Positions 12,235-24,072 of a stretch of DNA of 64,000 nucleotides are shown piece after piece; the stretch's first letter is position 1, and every line of letters begins with the position of its first letter. This stretch comes from Scyliorhinus canicula (taxonomy: Eukaryota), in the NCBI RefSeq assembly GCF_902713615.1, contig NW_024055461.1, positions 310,001 to 374,000 of the forward strand, read 5' to 3'. A program made the translations under genes and the position numbers. The notes below the pieces were generated by a model. That model made no database searches. It saw nothing but the letters and a program-made list of their open reading frames with translations, and was not told the origin of the DNA.

Positions 12235-12580
12235 TGCGCAGGCGCAGTGTCTCTCTCACTGGAGCATGCGCAGTGCGGGTGCTGGAAGTGATCGGGCGGG
12301 ATCTGTTGGAGCTGCAGGCAGAGCAAAAAATAATTGGAGAAAGCGGGTGAGTGAGGTTAAATGGAGCCGCTGTGTGAGGAGGGAGGCTTCATAAACACCC
12401 GGTGCAGGAATGGAAAGTTTCATAAACACCGGACGAAGGCCTCAACCTCAAATAAGAACATCGAGGCCCTTTGTTGGGACCGATGTTGTAGCCGCCATCT
12501 TTCCACAACAGTGAGCAGCGCGGCCGCCATCTTTATAGGGGGCAATAGGCAGCAGGGCCCATGTGCTGCGCCATCTTTAT
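12235..12580 (+). promoter_or_regulatory. Housekeeping-type promoter and non-coding first exon, probably of the ZNF gene at 14.1-15.5 kb
   Basis: NRF1-like TGCGCAGGCGCA at 12235-12246 and GCATGCGCA at 12264; ETS-like GGAAGT; GC box; donor gtgagt at 12347; three YY1-like CGCCATCTT motifs at 12491, 12523 and 12568. Confidence 0.55.
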
Positions 12581-14458
12581 TTGGGGCAGTTGGCATGCAT
12601 TCCAGAAGTTAGTACCTGGCTTCCAATGTTTGACTCTTTTTCGTTAAGTCGTAGAATCATTGAATGATTACATTACAGAAGGAGACTGTTTAGCCTTCTT
12701 GTTAGTGCCAGTTCTCTGCCAGAGCAAAGCAGCTCGTCCCACTCCCCTGTGCTTTCACTAACAAGACCAGCAGCAAATATTCCCTATCCCCAGTTACCTG
12801 TGCAGAAGTTGATATCTGACCTCCTTGAACCGCTGCAGAAGTTGCTCCCACAATGCTGTTCGATAGGTAGTTACAGGTTATTCATGCAACAATGTTGAAG
12901 GAACAGCGATATTTGTCTCATACAATAACAATGTGTGTTTATAGCATACCATTATTGCAATGGAACATAGAACATAGAACAGTACAGCACAGAACAGGCC
13001 CTTCGGCCCTCAATGTTGTGCCGAGCCATGATCACCCTATTCAAACCCACGTATCCACCCTATACCCATAACCCAACAACCCCCCCCCCCCTTAACCTTA
13101 CTTTTATTAGGACACTACGGGCAATTTAGCATGGCCAATCCACCTAACCCGCACATTTTTGGACTGTGGGAGGAAACCGGAGCACTCAGAGGAAACCCAC
13201 GCACACAGGGGGAGGACGTGCAGACTCCACACAGACAGTGACCCAGCCGGGAATCGAACCTGGGACCCTGGAGCTATGAAGCATTTATGCTAACCATCAT
13301 GCTACCCTGCTGCCCCCTAACCCTAACCCTAACCAAGGTGTTTCGTAGGAGTTTTATAAAGCAACATTTGCTGCAGAAGTATGTAGGGACACATGAGGAC
13401 AGATTGTCAAAGGTTTGGCCCAGGATATAGAATTTACGGAATATTTTAAAGTAGGAAAGGAAGATAGCGGGAGAGGATTAAGGAGGACATTCCAGAGTTT
13501 ATAGGCTTGGAAGCTGGGGAATGGACACCAAGGATGGAGTGATTTCTTAATCGCCTTTGTAGGGGTGCAACACGACTTGGTGTGACTAAGCACATGGGCA
13601 GCAGAGATTTTGATGACCTCCAGAATACAGGAGGTTGAATGTGGGAGTGCTTTAGGATTATTAAATTTCGAGGTAACAAAAGAATGTGTGATGGTTTCAG
13701 CAGCAGAGTGGAGTTGAGTGCTTTAACTGAGGCAGAAATAGGCGGTCTTGGTGATGATGTGAATAGACCAAAGCCATCTATGATCGTATTAATTAACAGA
13801 GCAGATCCGATGGGCCAAATGGTCTACCGCTGCTCCTATTTCTTATGATCCAGTAGAGGTCAGAGTTTTGTGTGGGCCCAGACTGGGTGGCAGGTTCCCT
13901 TCCCTGAAGGACATTAATGAACCAGTTGTGGTTTTTACAACAATCCAGCAGTTTTCATGGTCACTTTTTCCCAGTGCCGGCCCCACAAATGACCAGATTG
14001 ATTCAACTCAACTCAACCTGCCTTTGAGTTTTTGTGGGCTCTCTCTCACTTCCTTTTTCTGTTTTAAATCAATTTCACAGGGCATTAAAAGAAGAAGATT
14101 TGTGGGTGGAAAACTTAAACCAAACATCACGTCAGGATCTGAATATCATCAGATGTTTTGAGAAATGGTGGAAACGTGGGGACTGTGAGGAGGAATTCGG
14201 ATCTCTCTCTCTGCTGGAAATTCATCGGTGCAGTAACAGAAGGGAGAGACCACTTCCCGAGCTGAGTGTGGGAACGGATTTACTCGGTCACTCACCCTGC
14301 AGAGACACCAGCGAGTTCACACCGGAGAGAGACTTTTCAGATGCCCCAACTGCAAATCCTGTAGAAAGAGGTTAAATTCATCACCTGATCTCATTGCACA
14401 CCAGCAGGTTCACACAGCGGAGAAACCATTCATCTGCGTCAAAAGTTCCTGGGAATTG

Positions 14459-15493
14459 ATGCCCCATCAACAATTTCACACTCGCAAGAGACCGTTCAGG
14501 TGCTCTCACTGTGGGACTGGGTTCATGCGATCGTCCGACCTCACTGTACATCAGCGAATTCACACTGGAGAGAGACCGTTCAATTGCTCAAAGTGTGGGA
14601 AGAGATTCACTCGGTTATCCAGCCTGCAGACACACCAGCGAGTTCACACTGGGGAGAGGCCTTTCTCCTGCTCAGAGTGTGGGAAGGGATTCACTGAATC
14701 ATCAGGACTGCTGCGACACCAGCGAGTTCACACAGGGGAGAGGCCATTTGCCTGCTCTGAATGTGGGAAGGGATTTACTCGATCTCAGCACCTACAGAGA
14801 CACCAGCAGGTTCACACAGACGCAAAACCGTTCAAATGCCCAGACTGTGAGAAGTGTTATAAAGGTTCCCTGGAGCTAAAACGTCATCAGCGTGTTCACA
14901 CTGGAGAGAGGCCGTTCCCATGTCCAGACTGCTGGAAGTGCTTTAAAAGTTCCTGGGAATTGATATCCCATCAACGTGTTCACACTGATGAGAGACCGTT
15001 CAGGTGCTCTGACTGTGGGACTGGGTTCAGGCGATCTTCGGAACTCATTGCACACCAGCGCGTTCACACTGGGGAGAAGCCGTTCACCTGCTCAGTGTGT
15101 GGGAAGAAACTCAAACACTCATTCATGCTGCTGAAACACCAACGAGTTCACACTGGCGAGAGACCTTTTAAATGTCCAGATTGCGGCAAATGCTATAAAA
15201 GTGCTGGGAACCTGATGCTCCATCAGCGTGCTCACACCGACGAGAGGCCGTTCAGGTGCTCTGACTGTGGGACTGGGTTCAGACGAGCTTCTCAACTTAC
15301 TGTTCACCAGCGGATTCACACTGGGGAGAGGCCATTCACCTGCACTGTGTGTGGGAAGGGATTTATTGATTCATCCACCCTGCACAAACATAGGCGAGTC
15401 CACACTGGGGCGAGGCTATTCTCCTGCTCCCAGTGTGGGAAGAAATTCACCCAGCCGTCCACCCTGCTGAGTCACCAGCGTATTCACACGTAG
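14459..15493 (+). CDS. C2H2 (Kruppel-type) zinc-finger protein with 12 tandem fingers and no KRAB domain seen; the upstream part of the exon is degenerate
   Basis: 12 C-x2-C-x12-H-x3-H repeats with TGE(R/K)PF or TDERPF linkers in one frame; acceptor ttttctgttttaaatcaatttcacag ending near 14080; first ATG at 14459 (the ORF track starts at TTG 14456); AATAAA at about 15568. Confidence 0.75.
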   Translation: MPHQQFHTRKRPFRCSHCGTGFMRSSDLTVHQRIHTGERPFNCSKCGKRFTRLSSLQTHQRVHTGERPFSCSECGKGFTESSGLLRHQRVHTGERPFACSECGKGFTRSQHLQRHQQVHTDAKPFKCPDCEKCYKGSLELKRHQRVHTGERPFPCPDCWKCFKSSWELISHQRVHTDERPFRCSDCGTGFRRSSELIAHQRVHTGEKPFTCSVCGKKLKHSFMLLKHQRVHTGERPFKCPDCGKCYKSAGNLMLHQRAHTDERPFRCSDCGTGFRRASQLTVHQRIHTGERPFTCTVCGKGFIDSSTLHKHRRVHTGARLFSCSQCGKKFTQPSTLLSHQRIHT

Positions 15494-17250
15494 CCACAGT
15501 GACTGGATTTTGTTGTTAATCACATCCAGGATTGAACCATGTTCATTGAGTCTGTTTCTGCTAATGTTAATAAAGGCCAACCCGATTAGAATGATTGATT
15601 TTCTGTATAACGGGGCAGCACTGTGGCGCAGCGGTTAGCACTGCTGCCTCAGGGCACCAAGGTCCCAGGTTAGATCCTGGCTTTGGGTCACTGTCCGTGA
15701 GGAGTTTGCACATTCTCCCCGTGTCTGTGTGGGTCTCCTTCCACCCCAACCCAAAGCTGTGCACGGTAGGTGAATTGGTCATGCTAAATTGCCTCTTGGA
15801 AAAAATAATAGGGTACTCTAAATTTATATTTTAAAATATTTCTCTTTGAAGAATAAATCCGCTTTATTGTCAATACACAATGTGCTGAATATTTCAATAA
15901 CTCTCATACAAGTTTGTTCCTTTTATAGCGGATGCTTCCACTTGTGGGGCATTCTAGAATGAGAAGTCAGAGTCTTAGGATAAGAGGTAGCAAATTTAAA
16001 ACAGATTTGAAGGGAAACTACTTCTAAAGGGTTGTGAAATCCAATCGCTACCTCAGAGTGCGGTGGATGCTGGGACAGTGAGTAAACTTAAGGAGGAGTT
16101 AGACAGATTTTCAATTGGTGATGGGTTATGGAGAATGGGCAGCACGGTGGAGTTACGGCCAGGATAAGATCGGCCATGATCGAATGGCGGAGCAGACCCA
16201 GTGGGCCAAATGGCTTAATTCTGCTCCTATATCTTATGAACTTATGAAATAGGTGCTCTCCCTCTGCCCTGTCTCTTCCATCCTCGCCTCCAACAAGAAG
16301 GAGCTTGTGGAGCTTCTTTGTCACTGAGATTAAGAAAATCTGATCGGCTGCCTCTGCTACTTCCCTCCCTGCCACGGGATCAAACGGCCTCCTTAAAGTT
16401 CTGGCTTGTGCAAGCCCCGAACTCGCATCGTCATCCAGTTTCTCTCCTATCTTTTAGCTCCTTCAGTATCTTCTCCATGAGACCTGCCTTCTCCCTCAAT
16501 CCCACTCTGACGAAACTGCTGACCGCCTACTTTCCCCATGTTAGCTGAAACACTCTGGGATGTTTTATTACATTAATTGTGTTATATAATACAAGTTGTT
16601 AATGTTTCACCACAGTCAGTTTGTGCAAACTAAGATTTTGCAAACAGCAAGCAGACCAGTGACTGATTAATCCAATGTTTTAAAAAAAACAAACATTTCG
16701 AGCACCCAATTAATTTTTTTTCCAATTTAGGAGCAATTTAGCATGACCGATCCACCTAGTCTGCACACTTTGGGTTGTGGGGGCGAAACCCACGCAAACT
16801 TGGGGAGAATGTGCAAACTCCAGAAGGACAGTGACCCAGAGCCGAGATCGAACCTGGGACCTCGGAGCCATGAGGCAGCAGTGCTAACCACTGCACCACC
16901 GTGCTGTCCCTTAATCCAGTGTTTTTTGGCTGTTAGTTGAAACACAAATGTTGGTCACACTGCAATAGGAGAACTCCCCTGTGGATATAGGTGAAGGTGA
17001 AAGTTCCTGTATTTATTTAGCAGCTTTCACACCCTCAGAACATTCCAAAGTGATTCACAGTCAGTGACACTGGCCATGATGTGGAGATGCCGGCGTTGGA
17101 CTGGGGTGAGCACAGTAAGAAGTCTTACAACACCAGGTTAATGTCCAACAGGTTTGGCCTCACCTCAGGAAGGAGCAGTGCTCCAAAAGCTAGTGTTTGA
17201 AACAAACCTTTTGAACTTTAACCTGGTGTAAGACTTCTTACAGTGGCAGT

Positions 17251-17975
17251 ATCAGACAGTCAGCATGGATTTATGAATGGGAATTCATCCTTGAGAAATC
17301 TACTGGAATTCTTTGAGGATGCAACTAGTAGAGTTGATTCGGGGAAGCCAGTGGATGTGGTTTTTTTGGACTTTCAGAAGGCTTTCAACAAAGTCCATAT
17401 AAGAGATTAGCGTGTAAGATTAAAACGCATGGGATTGGGTAGTGTATTGAGATGGATAGAAAACTGGTTGACAGTCAGGAAACAAAGAGTAGGAATAAAT
17501 AGGTATTTTATCGAGTGGCAGGCAGTGACCAGTGGGGTACCGCAGGCATCGGTGCTAGGACCCCATCTATTCACAATATACATTAATGATTTAGATGAGG
17601 GAACAAAATGTAATATCTCCAAATTTGCAGATGGCACCAAGTTGCGTGGGAGGATGAGCTGTGAGGAGGATGCAGAGATCCTTCAGTTTGATTAGGACAA
17701 GTTGAGTGAGTGGGCAAATGAATGGCAGATTCGTATAGTTTGGATAATTGGGAGGTTTGGTAGGCAAAACGGGAAGGTAGAATATAATCTGTGTGGCTAA
17801 AAATTAAGAGAGGAGAATCTGGAACGAGACCTGGGTGTCCTCGTACACCAGTCACTGACGGTAAGCATTGCAGATACAGCAGGCAGTAAAGAAGCAATAG
17901 TCTGTTGGACTTCTTAGTGAGAGGATTTATGTACAGGGGCGGGGATGTCTTGCCGCAATTTTACAGGGCCTTGCT
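17251..17975 (+). mobile_element. CR1-type (HER1-like) LINE RT fragment
   Basis: QHGF...LLEFFE, VDV.FLDFQKAF, WIENWLTVRKQRV, VTSGVPQASVLGPHLFTIYINDLDEG and SKFADGTKL. Confidence 0.8.
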
Positions 17976-17989
17976 CGGCCCAAACCACA

Positions 17990-18433
17990 CGAAACGTTAG
18001 AGAGTCATGAACACAGTCCAGTCCATCACACAAACCTGCCTCCCATCCATTGACTCTATCTACACCTCCCGCTGCCTGGGGAAAGCGGGCAGCATAATCA
18101 AAGATCCCTCCCACCTGGATAACTCACTCTTCCAACTATTCCATCTGGCAGGAGTTACAAAAGTCTGAGAACACGCACGAACAGACTCAAAAACAGCTTC
18201 TTCCCCGCTGTTACCAGACTCATAAATTATCCTCTTAAGCACTGACCTGATTAGTACTACATGCCTGTATGCTTCACCTGATGCCGGTGCTTATCTATTT
18301 ACCTTGTGTTGCCCTATTGCATATTTTCTTTTTTTTCTCTTTTTTTCATATACTTAATGATCTCTTTGAGCTGCTCGCAGAAAAATACTTTTCACTGTAC
18401 CTCGGTACACGTGACAATAAACAAATCCAATCC
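17990..18433 (+). mobile_element. 3' end of an L2/Rex-type LINE
   Basis: Ends in ttttcactgtacctcggtacacgtgacaataaacaaatccaatcc, a terminus also seen at about 1290(-), 9470 and 19470(-). Confidence 0.55.
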
Positions 18434-20319
18434 ACAGACTGACCGTGTGCTGTGTCAAACCTGACATCTGCACAACCAGACCCCACTTCTCCTGGAACAA
18501 CATGAAGTGTCTGCTGCTTTCCAGGTCGCTGCCTTTCCCCTCACTATTATCCTCAGATAGTTCACAAATTCCTTGTGTGCCTCTAAAACACCTCTGGCCT
18601 CCATTTTAAATATTTACATCGGTCTTGCCAACAGCAATGAGACATCTGCTATCACAGGTATCATTTCTGCAAGCAATACATTGATCTAGATGCCACAAAA
18701 TACTAATCCATATCCTCATGTGAGTTCCACTTTTTCATCTGATTATTTGTTAACATCATAGAAAACGTATGGGTTTAACCATCAGCATCTTCCAACCCCA
18801 CGACCTCTACCTTCCATAGAACCATAGAATTCCTACAGTGCAGGAGGAGGCCATTCAGCCCATCATGTCTGCACCAACATTCTGAAAGAGCACCCTACTC
18901 CCACTCCCCCATCCCATACCTGTAACTCCCATTACCCCACCTAACCAGCATATCTTTGGACACTAAGGGCAATTTAGCATAAACTCGACCATGTAAAGGA
19001 CAAGGGGAGCAGGTACATGGGACGATGACCTTCTGCAAGTTCTAGTCACAAACAATCCTGATTTCGAATTATATCGCTGTTCTATCACTGCCATTTGGTA
19101 AAAATCCTGGAACTCCCTTCCTAACAGCACTTTGGATGCCCCCCACTACATGGACTGCAGTGAATATACAAACATAGGAGCAGAAGTAGGTCATTCAGCC
19201 CCTCAACCCTGCCCTGCCATTTAATAAGATCATGGCTGATCTGATAGTAACCTCAAATTTTCACTTTGACAAGGCAGCCCCCATCACCTCAAAGCCAATT
19301 TGGGGTGGCCAATGAATGCTGGTCTAGCCAGTAATGTGCACATCCCATGAATAAATGTAAAACCCTATTAAACCTGACTCATCACATCCTCCTCCAGACA
19401 AACTACAAGAGATTGTCTTTAAGATCAGTTCCTCATTTATCATCTGTGCTTTTATGAATGATAATTTGATTTATTATTGTCACATGTATTAGTGTACAGT
19501 GAAAAAATATTGATTCTTGCATGCTATACAGAATTAGTATAAACAGAATTAAACTTCTTCCTCTGTTCCAACGAAGGTTCCATGTCTCGAAACATTAACT
19601 CTGTTTCTCTCGTGGTAGATGCTGGCAGAGCACCTGAGTTTTTCCAGCTTCCTTTGGTCTTGTTAACCTTCCTCACCTGTCCTAACCTTTCTGCCGGATA
19701 ATTTATTGAAACCAGAGACAATTCATTGAAACCAGGGACTATCCCTGTTCTAATCATAGATTATCATAGAATTTACAGTGCAGAAGGAGGCCATTTGGCC
19801 CATCGAGTCTGTACCGACTCTTGGAAAGAGCACCCTACCCAAGGTCAACACCTCCATCCTATCCCCATAACCCAGTAACCCCACCCAACACTAAGGGCAA
19901 TTTTGGACACTAAGGGCAATTTGTCATGGCCAATCCACCTAACCTGTACATCTTTGGACTGTGGGAGGAAACCGGAGCAACCGGAGGAAACCCATGCAGA
20001 CACAGGGAGAACGTGCAGACTCCGCACAGACAGTGACCCAAGACGGAATCGAACCTGGGACCCTGGAGCTGTGAAGGAATTGTGCTATCCACAATGCTAC
20101 CATGCTGCCCTAATGGTGACATGTGCTTTCTACCCAGTTAACTCTTTAACTCAGCCTTTAAATTGCTTGTGAATTATTCCATCCTGCTGCCACATTTCAG
20201 TAACAAATGTTGAAATGTTTACTCCACACCCACAGGGTTTCATCTGTTTAAAGCCACAAACAGAAAGGTCCAGTTTTCTCCTGGAGTTTGAGACAAATCT
20301 GCTTTCAAAATGATAGAGT

Positions 20320-20480
20320 TTCAACCAATGAGGGAGATCCGGGCTCAGCCCCGCCCCTCATTCACTGATTGGTTGGAGGACCAGCCGCTCCCATTGGGTC
20401 CTCCAGCCCCGCCCCCTCTTCTTATTGGGCCGGAGGTGCCGTCAATCAGTCGGGAATTGTAATACAGAGCATGCGCAAAG
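20320..20480. promoter_or_regulatory. Promoter-like module (CCAAT boxes, GC boxes, NRF1-like half site) with no adjacent gene body recognised
   Basis: CCAAT at 20325, ATTGG three times, CCCCGCCCC twice and GCATGCGCA within 160 bp. Confidence 0.4.
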
Positions 20481-21086
20481 CGGCTACTTAGTTAGACACC
20501 ACATTGCCCTGGATGGAACATCCTATTGGGATTCAGATGTGAAGTGTGCAGATGTGATATGTTACATGTAGTGTCAGTAATTTGTGGAAACACATGGTGA
20601 CCATGCACTGGAGAACAGGTCCCAGACAGTTCAGCTACATAACTACAGAACAACATTGAGAGATTAACGCAGAATGAGAGAGCAGAAGAGGCATGGTGAC
20701 ACAGTGGTTAGCACTGTTGCCTCAATGATCAGCACGGTGGCACAGTGGTTAGCACCGCTGTCTCATGGCGCTGAGCACCCGGGTTCAATGCCGGCCACAG
20801 GTCACTGTCCATGTGGAGTTTGCACATTCTCCCCCTTTTCTGCATGGGTCTCACCATCACAACCGAAAGATGTGCAGGGAAAGTGTATTGGCCATGCCCA
20901 AATTGCCCCCTAATTGGGAAAAAAGAATTGGGTACTCTAAATTTATTTTAAAAAAGCATGAGAGAGCATTTTAAGTTATCAAGACATTGACATATCTTGC
21001 ACAGAGAATCTGACTAAAACAATCAGGACAGAATTAAACTCACTGGAATCTATCAGAGGGAGTGAAATTAAAGTGGAGAGATATCT

Positions 21087-21323
21087 TTTTTTTATAAATA
21101 ATTTTTATTGAAGTTTTTACAAAATACAAACATCATAACTCTATTAACGTACACCCGCGTAACACCCCGTAAACAGTGCCCCCCAGCTGCAAGAGCAAAT
21201 TCAAACAAAAGGGAAAAAAAACAAAACAGAAACCAAAAGACAAAGAAAAGAAAAAAGAACAAGGGAGAGAGATAGCACCCGCCACAAACCCATGTACACA
21301 GTTCTCCCTCCCCCCCCGTCCTT

Positions 21324-21365
<42 letters not shown>

Positions 21366-22227
21366 CCCTCCCCCCCGGGTTGCTGCTGCTGTCGGCCTAT
21401 TTCCCTACCGTTCCGCCAGGAAGTCCAGAAAGAGCTGCCACAGCCTGAAAATCCCTTGTTCTGATCCCCTCAGGGCGAATTTCACCCTCTCCAATTTAAT
21501 GAACCCTGCCATACCCGAGATCCAGGCCTCCACGCTTGGGGGCCTCGCATCCTTCCACTAGAGCAAGATCCTCCTGCCGGGCTACTAGGGACGCAAAGGC
21601 CAGGACCCCGGCCTCTATCGCCTCCTGCACTCCCGGCTCCACTGCCACCCCAAAAATTGCGAGTCCCCAGCCTGGCTCGACCCTGGATCCCACCACCCTC
21701 GACACCGTCTTTGCTACCCCCTTCCAAAACTCCCCCAACACTGGGCATGCCCAGAACATATGGGCGTGGTTCGCTGGGCTCCCCGAGCACACCTGTCCTC
21801 GCCCCCGAAAAACCTACTCATCCTCGTCCCAGTCATGTGGGCCCTATGCAGCACCTTGAACTGTATGAGGCTAAGCCTCGCACAGGAAGAGGAGGAATTC
21901 ACTCTCTCCAGGGCATCCACCCATGTCCCCTCCTCAATCTGCTCACCCAGCTCCTCTTCCCATTTACCCTTCAGCTCCTCCACCGAGGCCTCGTCTACCT
22001 CCTGCATTACCCGGTATACGTCCAAAATCCTCCCTCCTCCGACCCACACCCACGAGAGCACCCTATCCCGCACCCCCCGTGGAGGCAGCAAGGGGAACCC
22101 CTCCACCTGCTGCCTGGCAAACGCCCTCACCTGGATGTACCTAAACATGTTCCCCTGGGGGGAGCCCAAACTTCCCCTCTAACTCCCCCAAGCTCGCGAA
22201 CCTCCCCTCCACAAACAGGTCTCTGGA
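21087..22227 (-). mobile_element. 5'-truncated L1/Tx1-clade LINE (ORF2 C-terminus and G-rich 3' UTR)
   Basis: Minus-strand FKVLHRAHMTGTRMSRFF...EDRCAR and NHAHMFWACP; T-run at 21087; long C-run at about 21323-21372; 11-bp TSD gagagatatct at 21076-21086 and 22228-22238. Confidence 0.85.
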
Positions 22228-23183
22228 GAGAGATATCTAATCTCGACTTAGAAAATATCCACAAGGTGGATGCAGGTGAAGAGGGAGCTGGAGAATCTTT
22301 GAAGTTTGTGCATGAACCTTTGTTTGAACCAGATGTGTTTACAATGCTAAATTTAGAATTGTGAGAGATGGAGTGCAGGTGGGGAAAATAAAACTCAGTC
22401 AATAATGATCACATTTTACTGGAAAAGATTTTACATTTATTCTCGGTGGCAGCTGAAGGGTTTGTGTTGCTGATTCTGATCATTCCAGTAGCTTTAGAAT
22501 ATTATCTATGGAATGTAACCAAGACATTAGGAATATAAGCTTGTAGTTTAGCTGGGTGTTGGCAGTGTGCATGTGAAAAATAACACGGTGCTTTTGGACG
22601 ATGTCACCTAGTGGCAGCGTGTAGATGGGAAATAGGAGGGGCCGAGGATAGATCCTTTTTTAAGATGGGTGATGTCGGTGGATTTAAAGGTGAGACGGAC
22701 AGTACCAGAAGAGAGAGAGACCTGTTGACATTATCAGTGAACACGGGGAAGTTGGGTGATCAGTAATTCAGTGAGAATAGGGTCAAAGCAGCAGAAGGTG
22801 GGTCTAATGGACAAGATGAGCACTGAGAGGGCACGAGAGAAGACGGCAGAGAAACTGGAGAAAGGAGTGAGTTCAGGGCTCAGAAACAAAGGTCTGCCCC
22901 CGGTGGGTTAGTGGGAGAGAGAGAGGCAGCTGATTGGATTGTCTCAATCTCAGTGAGAAAGAAACTCCATTAGCTCCTCACACTTGTTGTTGGAGGTGAG
23001 GATTTCAGAGATGGGACAGGGAGAACACTTGAAAAGGAACTAATTCATGTTTGAGAAATGAAAAAGACTCAACACATTGTTTAACACACAGTTGGTTTAT
23101 TTGGCTTTATGCAGATATAAACCCTATAACTGGACCCCAAAAAACATGGTTCAGTCTGGGATGTAATTAACAACAAAATCCCA

Positions 23184-24072
23184 TCACTGTAGTTTCTTGT
23201 GACCTCGCTGGTGTCTCAGTAGATTGGATGACTGACTGAATCCCTTCCCACACTCTGAGCAGGTGAATGGCCTCTCCCCAGTGTGAGTGCGTTGTTGCAG
23301 AACAAGCTCAAATAATCGCCTGAATCCCGTTCCACAGTGAGAGCATCTAAATGGTCTCTCATCAGTGTGACCACGTTGATGGTGCATCAGAACCCCAGAA
23401 CTTTTATAGCACTTCCCACAGTCTGGGCATTTAAATGTTCTCTCCACAGTGTGAACTCGCTGGTGTGTTACCAGGCTGGGTGAATCTGTGAATCCCTTGC
23501 CACACTCAGAGCAGATGAACGGCCTTTCTTTGGCATGGAACCGCTGATGTGTTCTCAGTGAAGAAGACTGATTAAATCCTTTCCCACAGTTGGAGCAGGT
23601 GAACGGCCTCTCCCCAGTATGAGTGCGCTGGTGTATAGTGAGTGCAGCTGATCTCTTGAACCCAGTCCCGCAGTGAGAGCACCTGAATGGTCTCTCGTCA
23701 GTGTGAACACGCTGGTGGTATACCAGTTCCTGGAAATTTACATAGCCATTTCCGCAGTCTGGGCATTTAAAATGTCTCTCATCAGTGTGAACTCGCTGAT
23801 GATGTATCAGTAGGTTGGATGATTGAGTGAATCCCTTCCCACACACAGAGCAAGGTGAACGGTCTCTCCCCACTGTGAACTCGCTGGTGTCTCAGCAGAT
23901 CAGATGACTGAGTGAATCCCTTCCCACATGTGGAGCAGGTGAATGGCTTCTCCCCAGTGTGAGTCCGTCGATGAGTTTCCAGTGTAGACGGGTAAATGAA
24001 TCCCTTCCCACAGTCTCCACATCTCCATGGTTTCTCCTCACTGTGAACTGTGCTTTTTATTTCCATCTTCAA
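23184..24072 (-). pseudogene. C2H2 zinc-finger gene (~10 fingers) with a 1-bp frameshift at about 23853
   Basis: ORF 23782-24072 (MKMEIK...[13 protein letters not shown], 2 fingers) continues in ORF 23184-23873 (8 fingers, one with His>Gln and one with an extra His); the acceptor at 24171-24200 is homologous to that of the + strand ZNF gene. Confidence 0.75.

Noticed and set aside
13315-13332. (CCCTAA)3 telomere-like repeat
   Set aside because: Only three units at a SINE edge; too short to call an interstitial telomere.
21176-21561. Poly-proline ORFs
   Set aside because: They are the antisense reading of the G-tract in the L1 3' UTR.
20990-22364. Coding-looking sequence on both sides of the L1 insertion (..SNLDLENIHKVDAGEE..)
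   Set aside because: Rejoining across the TSD does not give a continuous open frame.
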